The notes: generated from the sequence alone by a model not told the origin. A DNA stretch of 64,000 nt from Candidatus Bathyarchaeota archaeon (GCA_963811105.1 CAWEPZ010000011.1:384001-448000); one strand, 5' to 3'. Positions 1-10,363 are shown, counted from the first letter of the stretch. Numbers and translations: made by a program.

Positions 1-174
1 GTGCATGAGTTCCAAGCCATGGGTGTCTAAAAGGACAAATTTAGGCGGGATTTGAATTATGTTGCCGTCTGTTTCGCCCAGCTTGTTGCCTTTCAAGTCG
101 ATAAAATCATAGTGCTCCCTTGCAGAGAGGATTTTCTTTTGCATGATGAAATCGTTCGCTTCTAGAAGACTCAT
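1..174 (-). CDS. LURP-one-related/scramblase-like protein, N-terminal part (runs off window edge)
   Basis: Own translation from ATG at 174: MSLLEANDFIMQKKILSAREHYDFIDLKGNKLGETDGN...; open to position 1; resembles the LURP-one/Tubby-C2 N-terminus. Confidence 0.6.
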   Translation of the reverse strand, partial: MSLLEANDFIMQKKILSAREHYDFIDLKGNKLGETDGNIIQIPPKFVLLDTHGLELMH

Positions 175-280
175 GAATGATAACCGATTAAAGATTGCAC
201 CATTTATCCTAAAAGCTTTTGTAATCGCAAAAAGACATCGGTCACCAATCGAATGCCAAAACCAAATCGTTTTAAGGGTA

Positions 281-292
281 AAAGTTTATATT
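281..292 (+). promoter_or_regulatory. Putative BRE/TATA box of thermosome gene
   Basis: AAAG-TTTATATT about 65 nt upstream of ATG 355. Confidence 0.45.
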
Positions 293-354
293 TCCGTTAA
301 CTTTTTGCTTATTTCCGAAATAAATAAAGTTCTATTAAAGTAGGGATAACAAAT

Positions 355-2007
355 ATGGCGTATTTAACAACAACAGGTTCAGGACAGCCAGTCTTGATTC
401 TTAAAGAAGGAACAACCAGAAGTCGGGGTAAAGAAGCCCAAAGAAACAACATCATGGCCGCGCGAGTAATTGGCGAAGTACTAAAGACAACCCTAGGACC
501 AAGAGGAATGGATAAAATGCTTATCGACAGCCTAGGCGACATAACAATAACAAACGACGGCGCAGCAATCTTAAAAGAAATCGACGTCGAGCATCCAGCA
601 GCAAAAATGATGGTTGAAATAGCAAAAACCCAAGATGATATGGTCGGCGACGGAACAACCAGCGCAGTAGTTCTCGCAAGCGAACTGCTCAAAAAAGCAG
701 AAGAACTCCTTGACCAAAACATTCACCCAATTATCCTAGTCAGCGGCTACCGAAAAGCCTCACAGAAAGCAATCGAAGTCATAAACAAAATAGCCGTACC
801 ACTTGACATAAACGACCGCAAAACACTCCTTAAAGTAGCATTAACATCAATGAGCAGCAAAGCAGTAGGCAGCGCAAAAGATCACCTAGCAGAAATCAGC
901 ATAGATGCAGTCAAACAAATCACGGAACAACGCGGCGACAAAACCATCGCAGATATTGACAACATCCAACTCATCAAGAAAACAGGCAAAAGCCTCTTAG
1001 AAACAGAACTTATCAGAGGCATCATCATCGACAAAGAAGTAGTCAACCCAGGCATGCCAAAAACCAAAGAAAATGCAAAAATCGCGCTCCTCGACTCAGC
1101 ATTGGAAATAGAAAAAACCGAAATCACAGCTGAAATCCGGATTAAAGACCCTTCACAAATGAAAGCCTTCCTTGATCAAGAAACTGACATGATGCAAAAA
1201 ATGGTTACAAAAGTCAAAGCCTCAGGCGCAGACATTGTATTCTGCCAAAAAGGCATCGACGACATGGTTCAGCACTTCTTAGCAAAAAACGGCATAATGG
1301 CGGCAAGGCGAGTCAAAGAATCTGACATGGAGAAACTTGCAAGAGCAACAGGCGGAAGAATTGTAAGCGACTTAGATGACCTTAAAGCAGCAGATCTTGG
1401 ATTGGCAGGCTTAGTGGAAGAACGCAAAATCGGCGATGACAAGATGATTTTCGTCGAAAAATGCAAAGACCCACACAGCGTAGCCATACTTATTCGCGCG
1501 GGACTTGAACGTATGGTTGACGAAGCAGAAAGAGCAATGATTGACTCACTCTCAGTAGTTTCAGATGTAATTGAAAATAGCAAAATCGTTCCAGGCGGCG
1601 GAGCAGTCGAAATTGAAATAGCTAAAGAATTACGCAAATACGCAACCAAAGTTGGCGGAAGAGAACAACTCGCGGTCGAAGCATTTGCAGACGCAGTCGA
1701 AGTGATTCCGAGAACCTTAGCCGAAAATGGAGGTCTCGAACCCATAGACATCCTTGTCGAGCTACGCTCAAAACATGATTCTGCTGAAGGCAAAAACTTT
1801 GGCATCAACATTTTCACAGGCAAACTACAAGACAGCATTGCAAACGGAGTTATAGAGCCAATGGTAGTCAAAGAACAAGCAATCAAATCAGCAGCCGAAT
1901 CGGCAGCCATGATACTACGTATAGACGACGTAATAACCAGCAAATCTCCAAAAGGCGGCCCAGGTGGTCCAGGTGGACCCGGCGGAATGCCTGGCGGGGA
2001 AGAATAA
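355..2007 (+). CDS. ths: Thermosome (group II chaperonin) subunit
   Basis: [19 protein letters not shown] and GDGTTSAVV motifs; GGP/GGM-rich C-terminal tail. Confidence 0.98.
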   Translation: MAYLTTTGSGQPVLILKEGTTRSRGKEAQRNNIMAARVIGEVLKTTLGPRGMDKMLIDSLGDITITNDGAAILKEIDVEHPAAKMMVEIAKTQDDMVGDGTTSAVVLASELLKKAEELLDQNIHPIILVSGYRKASQKAIEVINKIAVPLDINDRKTLLKVALTSMSSKAVGSAKDHLAEISIDAVKQITEQRGDKTIADIDNIQLIKKTGKSLLETELIRGIIIDKEVVNPGMPKTKENAKIALLDSALEIEKTEITAEIRIKDPSQMKAFLDQETDMMQKMVTKVKASGADIVFCQKGIDDMVQHFLAKNGIMAARRVKESDMEKLARATGGRIVSDLDDLKAADLGLAGLVEERKIGDDKMIFVEKCKDPHSVAILIRAGLERMVDEAERAMIDSLSVVSDVIENSKIVPGGGAVEIEIAKELRKYATKVGGREQLAVEAFADAVEVIPRTLAENGGLEPIDILVELRSKHDSAEGKNFGINIFTGKLQDSIANGVIEPMVVKEQAIKSAAESAAMILRIDDVITSKSPKGGPGGPGGPGGMPGGEE

Positions 2008-2011
2008 ATCT

Positions 2012-2032
2012 CCCTTTTAATTTTTCTTTTTA
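2012..2032 (+). terminator. Archaeal oligo-T terminator
   Basis: CCCTTTTAATTTTTCTTTTT directly after the ths stop. Confidence 0.5.
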
Positions 2033-2117
2033 ATTATATTCTTAATTGAATTTTAATGCGTTTTGTTTGAGGCTTGTTTTCTCGTTTTGGCTTAAGCGAA
2101 CAGCATTTTATTGGTAC

Positions 2118-2816
2118 TTAATTGTCAAGGAAACCTCGTTCTACCAAAAAATGCTTTACGGATTTTATAACTTTGTAAAACTTTTGTCTACTTGGCAGAT
2201 AGAGAAGAACATATGAGATGCTGAGGAGAAGCTTTGTAATTGTGTTAAGCGGGAAAGCTAAGGCTTGCGGATTGTTTATAGCGATTTTTGGCCAAGCAAA
2301 ATCATAAAGGACTTTTGGAAATTCAAACTGTGGAAATCCTATCGTTATCCAGAAAATCCACAAAACAGCTGTAATCAGGAGAGTCAGCCAGAACCACTTA
2401 TTAGCTTTCATATATTTGTAACCAGACAACCCACTTAGCGAGATCAATCCATAACTAATGAAAATAGTATTTCCATTCAACAAAAAATAAGGCGGCTTTC
2501 CGTAATTCCAGGAATCCCAAAATGAGAAATGAAACAGAATTTCATAAAGCCAAATCAGTGAGATTAAGCTGGTTAGAGAAATTATGAAAATCTCAGCGGC
2601 AGGCACGCCATTCATTCTGAGAAAAATTGTTACTCCCAAATAAACTATTGCAAAGGTCATCCAAGAAGCCCAGAAAATTCCACCTAAACCCCACACATCA
2701 AAAGTAATCAGCCACTCAAACGATGAAAATGCTAACAGAAAAAGCATCAAGAATATGGCTACGTAATTTAGTAGCCCAAGTACATTGCTCAAACTTACTT
2801 TTTTGAGGTTAATCAA
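2118..2816 (-). CDS. Hypothetical multi-pass membrane protein
   Basis: 232-aa ORF with about 6 hydrophobic segments. Confidence 0.7.
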   Translation of the reverse strand: MINLKKVSLSNVLGLLNYVAIFLMLFLLAFSSFEWLITFDVWGLGGIFWASWMTFAIVYLGVTIFLRMNGVPAAEIFIISLTSLISLIWLYEILFHFSFWDSWNYGKPPYFLLNGNTIFISYGLISLSGLSGYKYMKANKWFWLTLLITAVLWIFWITIGFPQFEFPKVLYDFAWPKIAINNPQALAFPLNTITKLLLSISYVLLYLPSRQKFYKVIKSVKHFLVERGFLDN

Positions 2817-2873
2817 TAAACTACGGCTTCCCTATCTGTAAATGAGATGTCTTTAGCTCTTAATTTTTTTGTT

Positions 2874-3452
2874 TCAAAGACAGATACTTTGAGTATTATT
2901 TACTTGAACTTGGTTTTTTGGATAACTGTAATGGAAATTTATATAATGCAAATAGCAATCACAACTAAAAAATGTACATTTCAACCAGGAATATGCTGTT
3001 TGTCGAGCAACTAATATTGACGTTTTTGGTTTTTTCCTGGAGCGAAAGGCTTGTAATAGAAAGATCGCTGAAGAAACAATCGTTAGCACCATTAGAAGCC
3101 AGAATGCTCCTTGAACTGAAGCATGTGCAAGCAAATGAGGAACCAGAATGGCGACCTCTGCAATTAAAACGCCCAAAAATATGAATCCGAAAATGGCTAA
3201 GCTCGGCACAAGATTTTTCCCAATCCAAACGTGCCCTTTTAGACCAACTTTTTCCTTAACTATATAATTTCCATATTCATCTTTTGCTACCCAGCCTAAA
3301 TCTACTAGTTTCTGAAGGTTTCTGTAAGCTACGCTTGGGCTACTTAGGTTTGCTCCACGCATCAAGTCTCTTGGGCCAACGGGTTTCCCAACCTTGACAA
3401 GATAAACATATGTTTGAAATGTTGAATCATTTAATTCTGCATCAGTCGCCAA
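2874..3452 (-). CDS. Winged-HTH protein with two C-terminal TM helices (membrane-tethered regulator)
   Basis: Likely start TTG at 3452 after SD GGGAGG; GPRDLMRGANLSSPSVAYRNLQKLVDLGWV wHTH then two hydrophobic helices. Confidence 0.75.
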   Translation of the reverse strand: MATDAELNDSTFQTYVYLVKVGKPVGPRDLMRGANLSSPSVAYRNLQKLVDLGWVAKDEYGNYIVKEKVGLKGHVWIGKNLVPSLAIFGFIFLGVLIAEVAILVPHLLAHASVQGAFWLLMVLTIVSSAIFLLQAFRSRKKPKTSILVARQTAYSWLKCTFFSCDCYLHYINFHYSYPKNQVQVNNTQSICL

Positions 3453-3492
3453 GCGAACAGCCTCCCTTTTCAACCAAATAGAAAACTCCACC

Positions 3493-3705
3493 TTAAAAAC
3501 AAAACCTAAAAACCCCAAGAAAATTGAACCCGCCCACTTCATTAAGCCATGCTTCTGCAGCACTAGGAAGCTCGTCAGGAAACTCCGAAAAGGTGGAAGA
3601 AAAAATGTACACCTCGCAAGTTTCTTCTTCTTCTTTGACAAACTCTGAAGAAGGAGGGCACGGTGCTTCCTCTGATTGTCCTTCCTCTTTCAAAATCTGG
3701 AACAT
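3493..3705 (-). CDS. Small acidic hypothetical protein
   Basis: Glu-rich 70-aa ORF co-oriented with both neighbours. Confidence 0.3.
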   Translation of the reverse strand: MFQILKEEGQSEEAPCPPSSEFVKEEEETCEVYIFSSTFSEFPDELPSAAEAWLNEVGGFNFLGVFRFCF

Positions 3706-3753
3706 TAGATCGCGCAGTAAAACCCCAAGAAACTAGATTCATAACATGCTTGT

Positions 3754-4935
3754 TTAACCCTTGAGAGTTTGATTCCAGTAAATTAGTGAGTTATATCGGT
3801 TTTCAGTGGTTTGTTTGAATTGGGCATCATTACAAACAATATCAAAGTTGGATCCATCTTGTCTTGCAAGAGCGTTTACATCCATCCATATTTTTTGAGA
3901 TTGAGCGTCAGCATTCCACAGGCCCCAAATGTTATCTTGCGCACTTCGAAAACCAAAGCCGTAGTCTTTGGGAAGAACATAAGCGGTTTTTACTTTTTCA
4001 TAGTTTGCGTTGGTTGGCGGGTTGTTTGAAATGTAGTTCCAGAATTTTTTAAGTGCATCCATATGCGTGCTATTTAGTATGCCGTAGGTTGGAGTATTTG
4101 GATTTGTAATGTCGGGATAGCTGAAGACAACTGTGTATTTTGCCCCGTTGTTGTAAGCCAACAACAAATCATTGTAAAGTTGTGGTCCTGACTCAATGTA
4201 GGGTGGTTGACGATAAGTCCAAGTAATCATTGCGCCCCAGTCCTTGTTATTTGCTCTAGCAGCACCTCTACATAGAGCAATTTGTACCTCTCTGCTGTTA
4301 TTCCATCCGAACTCAGCCAGCACGGCATCATATCCTGCTTTATAGTCAAACCAATACAATTCATAATCAGCGGTCAACACTGTTTGGCCAGTATTGGTGA
4401 AGTATTTCAAATAACTGCCTAAACCATTAACGTAGCCCGATGCCGCGGAAGAAGAGTCCGAGGCGTTGCGAACCAGTTGGTACCTACTGGCGTCAATTTG
4501 GTCTCCTCCGGGTTCATCCCATCTGTAAACTGCAAGGAACTTATCGCCGTACTTTTGCATGGCATTGGAGATCCATTGTGCGGGGGTGTAGTTTCCCCAA
4601 TCAGAGTACATTGTAACATTAGTGAATAAGATGACGAATTGAAGACCTGAACTGTAAATGTAATCGCAGCTTTCATCGAGTAGGGTTCGATTTATTGAGA
4701 ACTCTGGTAAACCGAGAACGAAAACATTCGTGTAATCCTTTACTTCATTAACTAATGCTTTCAAGCTGTTGAAGTCGCCATAGGCTTGTTCGACGCCTAC
4801 ATAAAATTGACTTTTAGGCACTTTATTGCTGCCAAAATTAACCGATAAACCGGTTGAAACAAGGAGAATTATCAACATTACTGACAAAAACATCAATACT
4901 CTTTTGTTTGCCTTAAACCATCTTGGCAGATGCAA
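3754..4935 (-). CDS. Membrane-anchored/secreted protein, possible glycoside-hydrolase-like TIM barrel
   Basis: N-terminal basic + hydrophobic anchor; YRWDEPGG and LAEFGWN acidic motifs; aromatic-rich. Confidence 0.7.
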   Translation of the reverse strand: MHLPRWFKANKRVLMFLSVMLIILLVSTGLSVNFGSNKVPKSQFYVGVEQAYGDFNSLKALVNEVKDYTNVFVLGLPEFSINRTLLDESCDYIYSSGLQFVILFTNVTMYSDWGNYTPAQWISNAMQKYGDKFLAVYRWDEPGGDQIDASRYQLVRNASDSSSAASGYVNGLGSYLKYFTNTGQTVLTADYELYWFDYKAGYDAVLAEFGWNNSREVQIALCRGAARANNKDWGAMITWTYRQPPYIESGPQLYNDLLLAYNNGAKYTVVFSYPDITNPNTPTYGILNSTHMDALKKFWNYISNNPPTNANYEKVKTAYVLPKDYGFGFRSAQDNIWGLWNADAQSQKIWMDVNALARQDGSNFDIVCNDAQFKQTTENRYNSLIYWNQTLKG

Positions 4936-5316
4936 TTAATATCAAGCCAGAGATAATCATGCGAAGGAGAAAAAGCTTTCTTGCTTACGTCTTAATAGCG
5001 GCTAGCCATAATTTGCTGAGTTTGCTTTACAACCGCTCGATTTTGTTTTCTCGTGTTTGATTTTTGATACTTCCATTTATTATTCAAATAAGTAGAGAGA
5101 GGAAGAGGGCTAGCATGTATAAAAAAACGTTTAGACTGCGTCAAATATGGATAACGAGCCTGATGAAGAAGCGCCCAGCAGATGTGCTGCCGAATTGTCA
5201 ATTATTAAGAGCACATTTATAGAATCAGATTACTTGCCAATTAACTATTTAACCTTGCTTAAGGTTAGCTAAGGTTTTTATGGTTCTTGCGAAATTATCT
5301 TTCTCTGCAACACTTC

Positions 5317-5394
5317 GGGGCTGTCGGCTAGCTTGGTCTAGGCTTGTAGACTTGGGCTCTATAGACTCCGGTTCAAATCCGGGCAGCCCCACCA
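5317..5394 (+). tRNA. tRNA-Pro(TGG)
   Basis: Acceptor GGGGCTG/CAGCCCC, anticodon arm GTAGA-CTTGGGC-TCTAT, T loop TTCAAAT, encoded CCA. Confidence 0.97.
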
Positions 5395-5437
5395 ATTTAA
5401 CAAATTAACGCTTCTGTCAAATTTTTGCTGCAATAAA

Positions 5438-5798
5438 CTATCCCTTACCCGAGTTTTCCTTAACGCGATACTTTACAATTTCCTTAACTAAATCAAATGG
5501 GATTGGTTCGTCGATCGGGAATCTAACTGTGCCCTTGCTTGTTTCTTAGGGCGCCAATTTCTCGTTGAACGCTTCAACACCTGATGCTATTGGAAAAAAT
5601 CCAATGTGTTTTTTGAATGCAGCGAACCACACTAAGATTCCGTTTAATTTGAAGGCATGCATTCGGTAACTGACTATCTCTTGTGCGTGAGGCGCTGCTT
5701 CTTGGATAGCTTTTCCTTAGCGACAGTAAAATGTCCTGTGTATTTTTGGAAAAAGAAGCTATGGATTCATCGATGGATTTGAAACCTTTAGGCTTCAT
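5438..5798 (-). pseudogene. DUF1801/YdhG-like pseudogene
   Basis: SIDESIASF..LLSLRK then one extra A near 5711-5714; other frame gives AIQEAAP..SYRMHAFKLNGILVWFAAFKKHIGFFP; in-frame TAA before ETSKGTVRFPIDEPIPFDLV. Confidence 0.85.
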
Positions 5799-5948
5799 AA
5801 CAGGTACCTGTAAATTATCGTTTCTGCATTCATCTATTCGTTAATTAGAATTTAAATTTTAATAGAGAACTCGTCTATGACTTCAAAAAGCTTTCTTATT
5901 TTTGTGATTATAAAATTTGGAAAATAATCATTAATTACGCGGTTTGAC

Positions 5949-6182
5949 TTAGTCTACCGCTTCAACTTTCTGTATTTCTGGAACTCTCTCTTTAATAAGT
6001 GCTTCAACACCCTGTTTGAGAGTCATTGTAGCCATGGGGCAACCTGCACAGGCGCCGGTCAATCGGACTTTTACAGTCTGCTTTTCAACAGCTATTAGTT
6101 CTACGTTTCCCCCATCAGCTTGGATTTGTGGTCTAATTTCTTCTAAGGCTTTTTGTACTCTTTTTTCTACAGATTCAGTCAT
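5949..6182 (-). CDS. NifU/Nfu-type Fe-S carrier domain protein
   Basis: IRPQIQADGGNVEL and GACAGCP (CxxC) motifs. Confidence 0.93.
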   Translation of the reverse strand: MTESVEKRVQKALEEIRPQIQADGGNVELIAVEKQTVKVRLTGACAGCPMATMTLKQGVEALIKERVPEIQKVEAVD

Positions 6183-6368
6183 GTAAATTCACTTTCCTTT
6201 CTTGAAGAGAATTATTGATTATAAAAGTTCCTGTTGTAAGTTTTGGTTTGAAGGGCATACTGGCATGTGAAGGTGATTCAATGTATTATTTTATCTTCCG
6301 AGTTGTTAGATAGCTACGTTTGCTTTAACCGAAATGTTAAAATTGGCTCAAATTCTCCTTTTGAATAG

Positions 6369-6788
6369 GTGAATTTTTTGCCAATTAAACAAAAAGGAAC
6401 AAAAGACGATCCTTGGATACTTAAAACGCCTCCCGGCACCTCTGAATTTAAGGCATATAAGGACGAAGCCTCCGACCCACCAGCGATCGTTGTTTGGGTT
6501 GGAAAAACAGAGCTCAAATATCAACTTCGCGCCCTGGACGATTTGCATAAAATGTTGAAGCAAAAAGGCGACTGGAAGCCGCTTGGCAGCGCAGACGAGC
6601 AGAAACCAGCTACGGAAGCAACGGTTGAAGCTTGGGGCAGATCATCAAAAAACCCCGTCGGCGGGTGGTACGGACTCAAGAAAGGCTTGCGAGGGCGATT
6701 TGCAAACTATATACCTCCAATAATGGAAGAGTTAGGTTTAGCAGAAGTAGAACATAACCCTAAAAACAATCGAATGCGAGCAATCTAA
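6369..6788 (+). CDS. Conserved hypothetical protein (DUF6855-like)
   Basis: GTKDDPWILKTPPGTSE...LGSADEQKP...NPVGGWYGLKKGLRGRF; family name from recall. Confidence 0.7.
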   Translation: MNFLPIKQKGTKDDPWILKTPPGTSEFKAYKDEASDPPAIVVWVGKTELKYQLRALDDLHKMLKQKGDWKPLGSADEQKPATEATVEAWGRSSKNPVGGWYGLKKGLRGRFANYIPPIMEELGLAEVEHNPKNNRMRAI

Positions 6789-6881
6789 TTTTTTCTTTTT
6801 TTGACTTTGTAGAGCCCAAAGTAATTTCCCGATAATATATAAAGGAAAAACTATTTTATTGAAACGTTGTTCGAATACGAT

Positions 6882-7079
6882 TTAAGGGATCTTTTCTTGC
6901 AATTTGGGAATTACATTGTTTATCCATTCAGCTTTTGCAATGTATTCTTCGCGTAACTGTGACTGAGTGTAAATGTTAATTTCTTTACTGCCTGCAGCTA
7001 ATCGACGTTTGGTTCCCTTAACCTTGTTGTTTCGTTTTGGCTGAGTTTCTCTTTTTGATTTATAATTTTTGCGATTCAT
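6882..7079 (-). CDS. Small basic hypothetical protein
   Basis: 65-aa Lys/Arg-rich ORF with ATG start. Confidence 0.4.
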   Translation of the reverse strand: MNRKNYKSKRETQPKRNNKVKGTKRRLAAGSKEINIYTQSQLREEYIAKAEWINNVIPKLQEKIP

Positions 7080-7171
7080 GTTTGATCAACGTTTGTTCCA
7101 ACCTTTAATAAAGTACCAATCATATAGAAGTTTCGTAGCATTTTTGATTAAGACGCACACAAAACTACTTT

Positions 7172-7402
7172 TCATGCCCACAATGATTGAACGAATGGTT
7201 TTAGAACGTTTGAAGAAATGAAGTAGTGCTCGCTATCCAGTAACAAACTTAGTTTATGTTGGTTGACAAAATCTGTAATAAATTCAAGTGCGTTGCTGTT
7301 AACCAAGTGTTGTTCAATGCTTAAAACAATTCCATCTTTTATGGTATCAAGCATCTTTACGTTTAAACTGCAGCCCGATCCAATTTCTCTTTTATATATC
7401 AT
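7172..7402 (-). CDS. Small hypothetical protein
   Basis: Likely start ATG 7402 (MIYKREIG...) after GAGG. Confidence 0.5.
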   Translation of the reverse strand: MIYKREIGSGCSLNVKMLDTIKDGIVLSIEQHLVNSNALEFITDFVNQHKLSLLLDSEHYFISSNVLKPFVQSLWA

Positions 7403-7613
7403 AGCCTCAGATATTTTCAATTTGTCTTCATCCAACCAATTTTGTCTCGCACAAGTTAGCCAAAAAATTCTGGACAAATATGCTAAAACTGGTTAATAAT
7501 AATAGTTACACGAACACTCTTAAGGCTTCGCTTGATAAAAACCAAAAAACCATGCTTCTCGCCATATACCAGTTATTCAAGTTCGCCAGTGTTGATTCGC
7601 AAGCTATTCTTAT

Positions 7614-8099
7614 TTAGGTTGTTTGGTTTCTAAAATCATGTGTGTTTTGAGAAAATTCATCTTGATTCTTTATGTAAACTTTTTTAAGTACATATATTTC
7701 AGTGAAAAAAACTGTGAATAACGAGAGGAAACTTATTGCCATCGCCATAGAAAAATAGTCATCAACTCGTTGCAAGCTAGGAATTAGAAAAATCTCTAAA
7801 AAGAGCGTGCCACTAGCAATAGCGCTTACTGCAAAGACAACCGATAGCGCAGTCAATCGTAGGACAAGACTGTTTTTTATTTTGTAGCTGTAATAGATAA
7901 TTAATAAGGCAATGGCAAGAATTAGCGAACCGTTAACGATATGTGCCAAAACCTCTACTCCGCCAGCATAGCCGAAAAAATTGAAGGGCGAGTTAAGGGG
8001 GACAATTATGAATAGGTTATTGGTCATGCCCATCCAAAACTGAGCAAACAAAAGGACAATTTCAATAATAAAGAGCTTAAATAGACGCATAAAAACCAA
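7614..8099 (-). CDS. Hypothetical 4-TM membrane protein
   Basis: Four hydrophobic helices; QFWMGM and LAHIVNG. Confidence 0.7.
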   Translation of the reverse strand: MVFMRLFKLFIIEIVLLFAQFWMGMTNNLFIIVPLNSPFNFFGYAGGVEVLAHIVNGSLILAIALLIIYYSYKIKNSLVLRLTALSVVFAVSAIASGTLFLEIFLIPSLQRVDDYFSMAMAISFLSLFTVFFTEIYVLKKVYIKNQDEFSQNTHDFRNQTT

Positions 8100-8273
8100 G
8101 ATAGAAAAGAGATTAACTACCCTAAAAAGTTTCTTCGACCTGCCTTGATTACCAAAGTAAAAAAACCCGGTTTTTTCTATAGTTATGATAGGATCTTTTT
8201 TGGATTAATGGTTTTCAATTATTTGCAGTATTTTTTAAGAGCCTTTCCAACAGCATCACCAATGATTAGTTTG

Positions 8274-8531
8274 TTAAGAAGCATTGGTTTCTTTGGGTTT
8301 TGGTTGTTTTATCCAAACCTTTGCTTTGTTTTGTACTCTTACTCGTGACTCTGTCTGCAATAGCTTAACCTGTGCCTGAATCAGCCTATCGTCACTTGTG
8401 GCGAATTCTTTTTTTATAGCGTCTTCAAGCTTTGGCAAATTGATGTGTTCAATTGCTCCTACTATGCTCCAGAAATTCTGCTGAATTTTTTCTCTTTTCC
8501 TAAGTGCTTCTAGATCCGACACATATCTCAT
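8274..8531 (-). CDS. Small hypothetical protein
   Basis: 85-aa ATG-initiated ORF with normal composition. Confidence 0.6.
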   Translation of the reverse strand: MRYVSDLEALRKREKIQQNFWSIVGAIEHINLPKLEDAIKKEFATSDDRLIQAQVKLLQTESRVRVQNKAKVWIKQPKPKETNAS

Positions 8532-8761
8532 TCTAATCGGAAAGGGTTTAGGATCTATTTGATATCAACATTACGCTTTAAGCTCTCAAATGTTTAAACT
8601 TTCAAGCAATAAATATTCCCTCTCCACCAATGTCGATTTAGCAGTTGAAATCTATTATCAAAATTGATACCTCATCTTCTCCAACTCAATCACAGTAGAG
8701 GCGAAAAACAAAATTGACAGTTTCTATTCATAACTGATCATAAACTAAAATAAATGGAAAA

Positions 8762-8884
8762 TTAACCATATTCTCTTGCGCAGAAAGGTATTTCGTCCTT
8801 TGCTTTGTGGAAAGTTACACATTCTTGACAGTTGCTGTGGCGTGGACAATCCTTTTTGGGGCATGGACAATTAGGAGCAGACAT
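8762..8884 (-). CDS. Cys/His-rich 40-aa microprotein
   Basis: MSAPNCPCPKKDCPRHSNCQECVTFHKAKDEIPFCAREYG from ATG 8884. Confidence 0.7.
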   Translation of the reverse strand: MSAPNCPCPKKDCPRHSNCQECVTFHKAKDEIPFCAREYG

Positions 8885-8972
8885 AACAAAAGTAAATCGA
8901 AGCATTCCTATATTAGTTCTTTTGGGAAAACTATAGAAATATGCTTGCAAATTATGGGTAGGAAGAATTAAG

Positions 8973-9791
8973 ATGGCTCGTGCTGTTCGTTCATTACAAA
9001 GGCTCGTTCTTTATCTAATAATTACCTTAATCCTCACTGTAATGACGCTTTATATTTTTCATCAGTTTATAGCTACAACTATTAGCTTACCCGTACTGAT
9101 TGAGGAAGCTGTAAGAATACTAATTATCATTATTTTTTCGTTAGCAGCAATATCCATCATTCGCCATTTTAGACCCCTTTTGACACAACGAATTGGAAAC
9201 CAAGCTTCAACAATCTTGCAGTACGTTATACTCGTCGTAACATTTGTAGCAATGATCTTTGGCATACTAAACACATTAGCGCCAGGGTCTGCTTCTGAAC
9301 TTATAACAGGGGCGGGAATTATCTCAATCACTGCAGGTCTTATCATATCCACGTTTGTTGGCAGTTTACTGTCAGGTTTCCTAGTTTTCACCAATTACCA
9401 TTTCAAAGTAGGAGATGACGTAATGTTCAACAATATTCCTGGGCAGATTATAGAGATGACAGCCCTTGTCATGAGAATACAAACCGATGTGGGACAAGTT
9501 ACTATTCCAAACAGTGCGATCGCTTCAGGCGGTGTAATTATAACCGTGGTCCAAAAATACCCAGCGTTAAAAGAAGGCAGATTACACTACAGATTAGGCG
9601 ACAGAGTAATAACCTCTTACTTGAACGAGCAGGGAATCATCAAAGAAATAACACCCTTAAACACCACAATCCAACTGGATTCAGGAAAAGAAATAACCTT
9701 TCTCAACAACAGCATCCTTTCCGGAGCAATACCAATAGCAAAAATTTCAGGTTCATCAAACGATAAGAAGGGGCAAACAACGCAGTATTAA
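8973..9791 (+). CDS. mscS: Small-conductance mechanosensitive channel (MscS family)
   Basis: TM region then FKVGDDV..GQIIEM..IPNS beta-domain, repeated at the C-terminus (RLGDRV..GIIKEITP..FLNN). Confidence 0.85.
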   Translation: MARAVRSLQRLVLYLIITLILTVMTLYIFHQFIATTISLPVLIEEAVRILIIIIFSLAAISIIRHFRPLLTQRIGNQASTILQYVILVVTFVAMIFGILNTLAPGSASELITGAGIISITAGLIISTFVGSLLSGFLVFTNYHFKVGDDVMFNNIPGQIIEMTALVMRIQTDVGQVTIPNSAIASGGVIITVVQKYPALKEGRLHYRLGDRVITSYLNEQGIIKEITPLNTTIQLDSGKEITFLNNSILSGAIPIAKISGSSNDKKGQTTQY

Positions 9792-10363
9792 TTAGCAAGC
9801 GCTTGATTTGACTTCAAACTGTTAATTAACCATGACCGCTGTCCACTTTTAAGCACACTATAGTTCGCCTTGGCTTGATTCCCATTTTTCCTATTCTTCC
9901 ATTTATTTCTAAGCGGCAGAGGAAAAAACCGTTTCCATCCAATCTCAGCAGTAACTGCAATTTCATGGGACCTAATCCTATCCATCGGCTACATGTTGTA
10001 TTGAAGTTTTGGTGGAAAAGTCATCGGCTAAGTCATTCAGTTAACACCAACCTTGGATGTTTAATTCGGAATACACTAAGTCATTGAATTCTTGGTTATG
10101 ATGCTGTAAGTTTTGGTCCTCGCTATTGGTGTTTCAATGCTTAGGCACAAATCACAACCGGTGGCACGGGAAAACTAAAAGATTATCTTTGGATTTTGGA
10201 CGTTTGCTTTTCTCACTATAGAAATATTCTATATAGTAATGTTCGTGTATAATGTCGTGCAAAATGCCTGCAGGCTATGTTTCAAATTCAACTTGAACAC
10301 TCATTTGAATCCAGTAACGGCTAAATACTGCAAAGCCTAATTCCGTTGATGACTTAAGCACGT

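Noticed and set aside
309-1943. Long antisense ORFs (309-722, 882-1127, 1269-1943) and similar shadows such as 40542-41180 and 34552-34878
   Set aside because: They mirror strongly supported genes on the opposite strand; no independent motifs
1954-2000. GGC-GGC-CCA/GGT-GGT-CCA repeat
   Set aside because: Encodes the ordinary Gly/Pro/Met thermosome tail
3453-3641. N-terminal extension of ORF 2874-3641
   Set aside because: Better SD + TTG at 3452; the extension overlaps another candidate ORF
10260-10363. Possible riboswitch or C/D sRNA (TGATGA) upstream of glyA
   Set aside because: No match to THF, ZTP, glycine or fluoride consensus that I can support; no downstream D box
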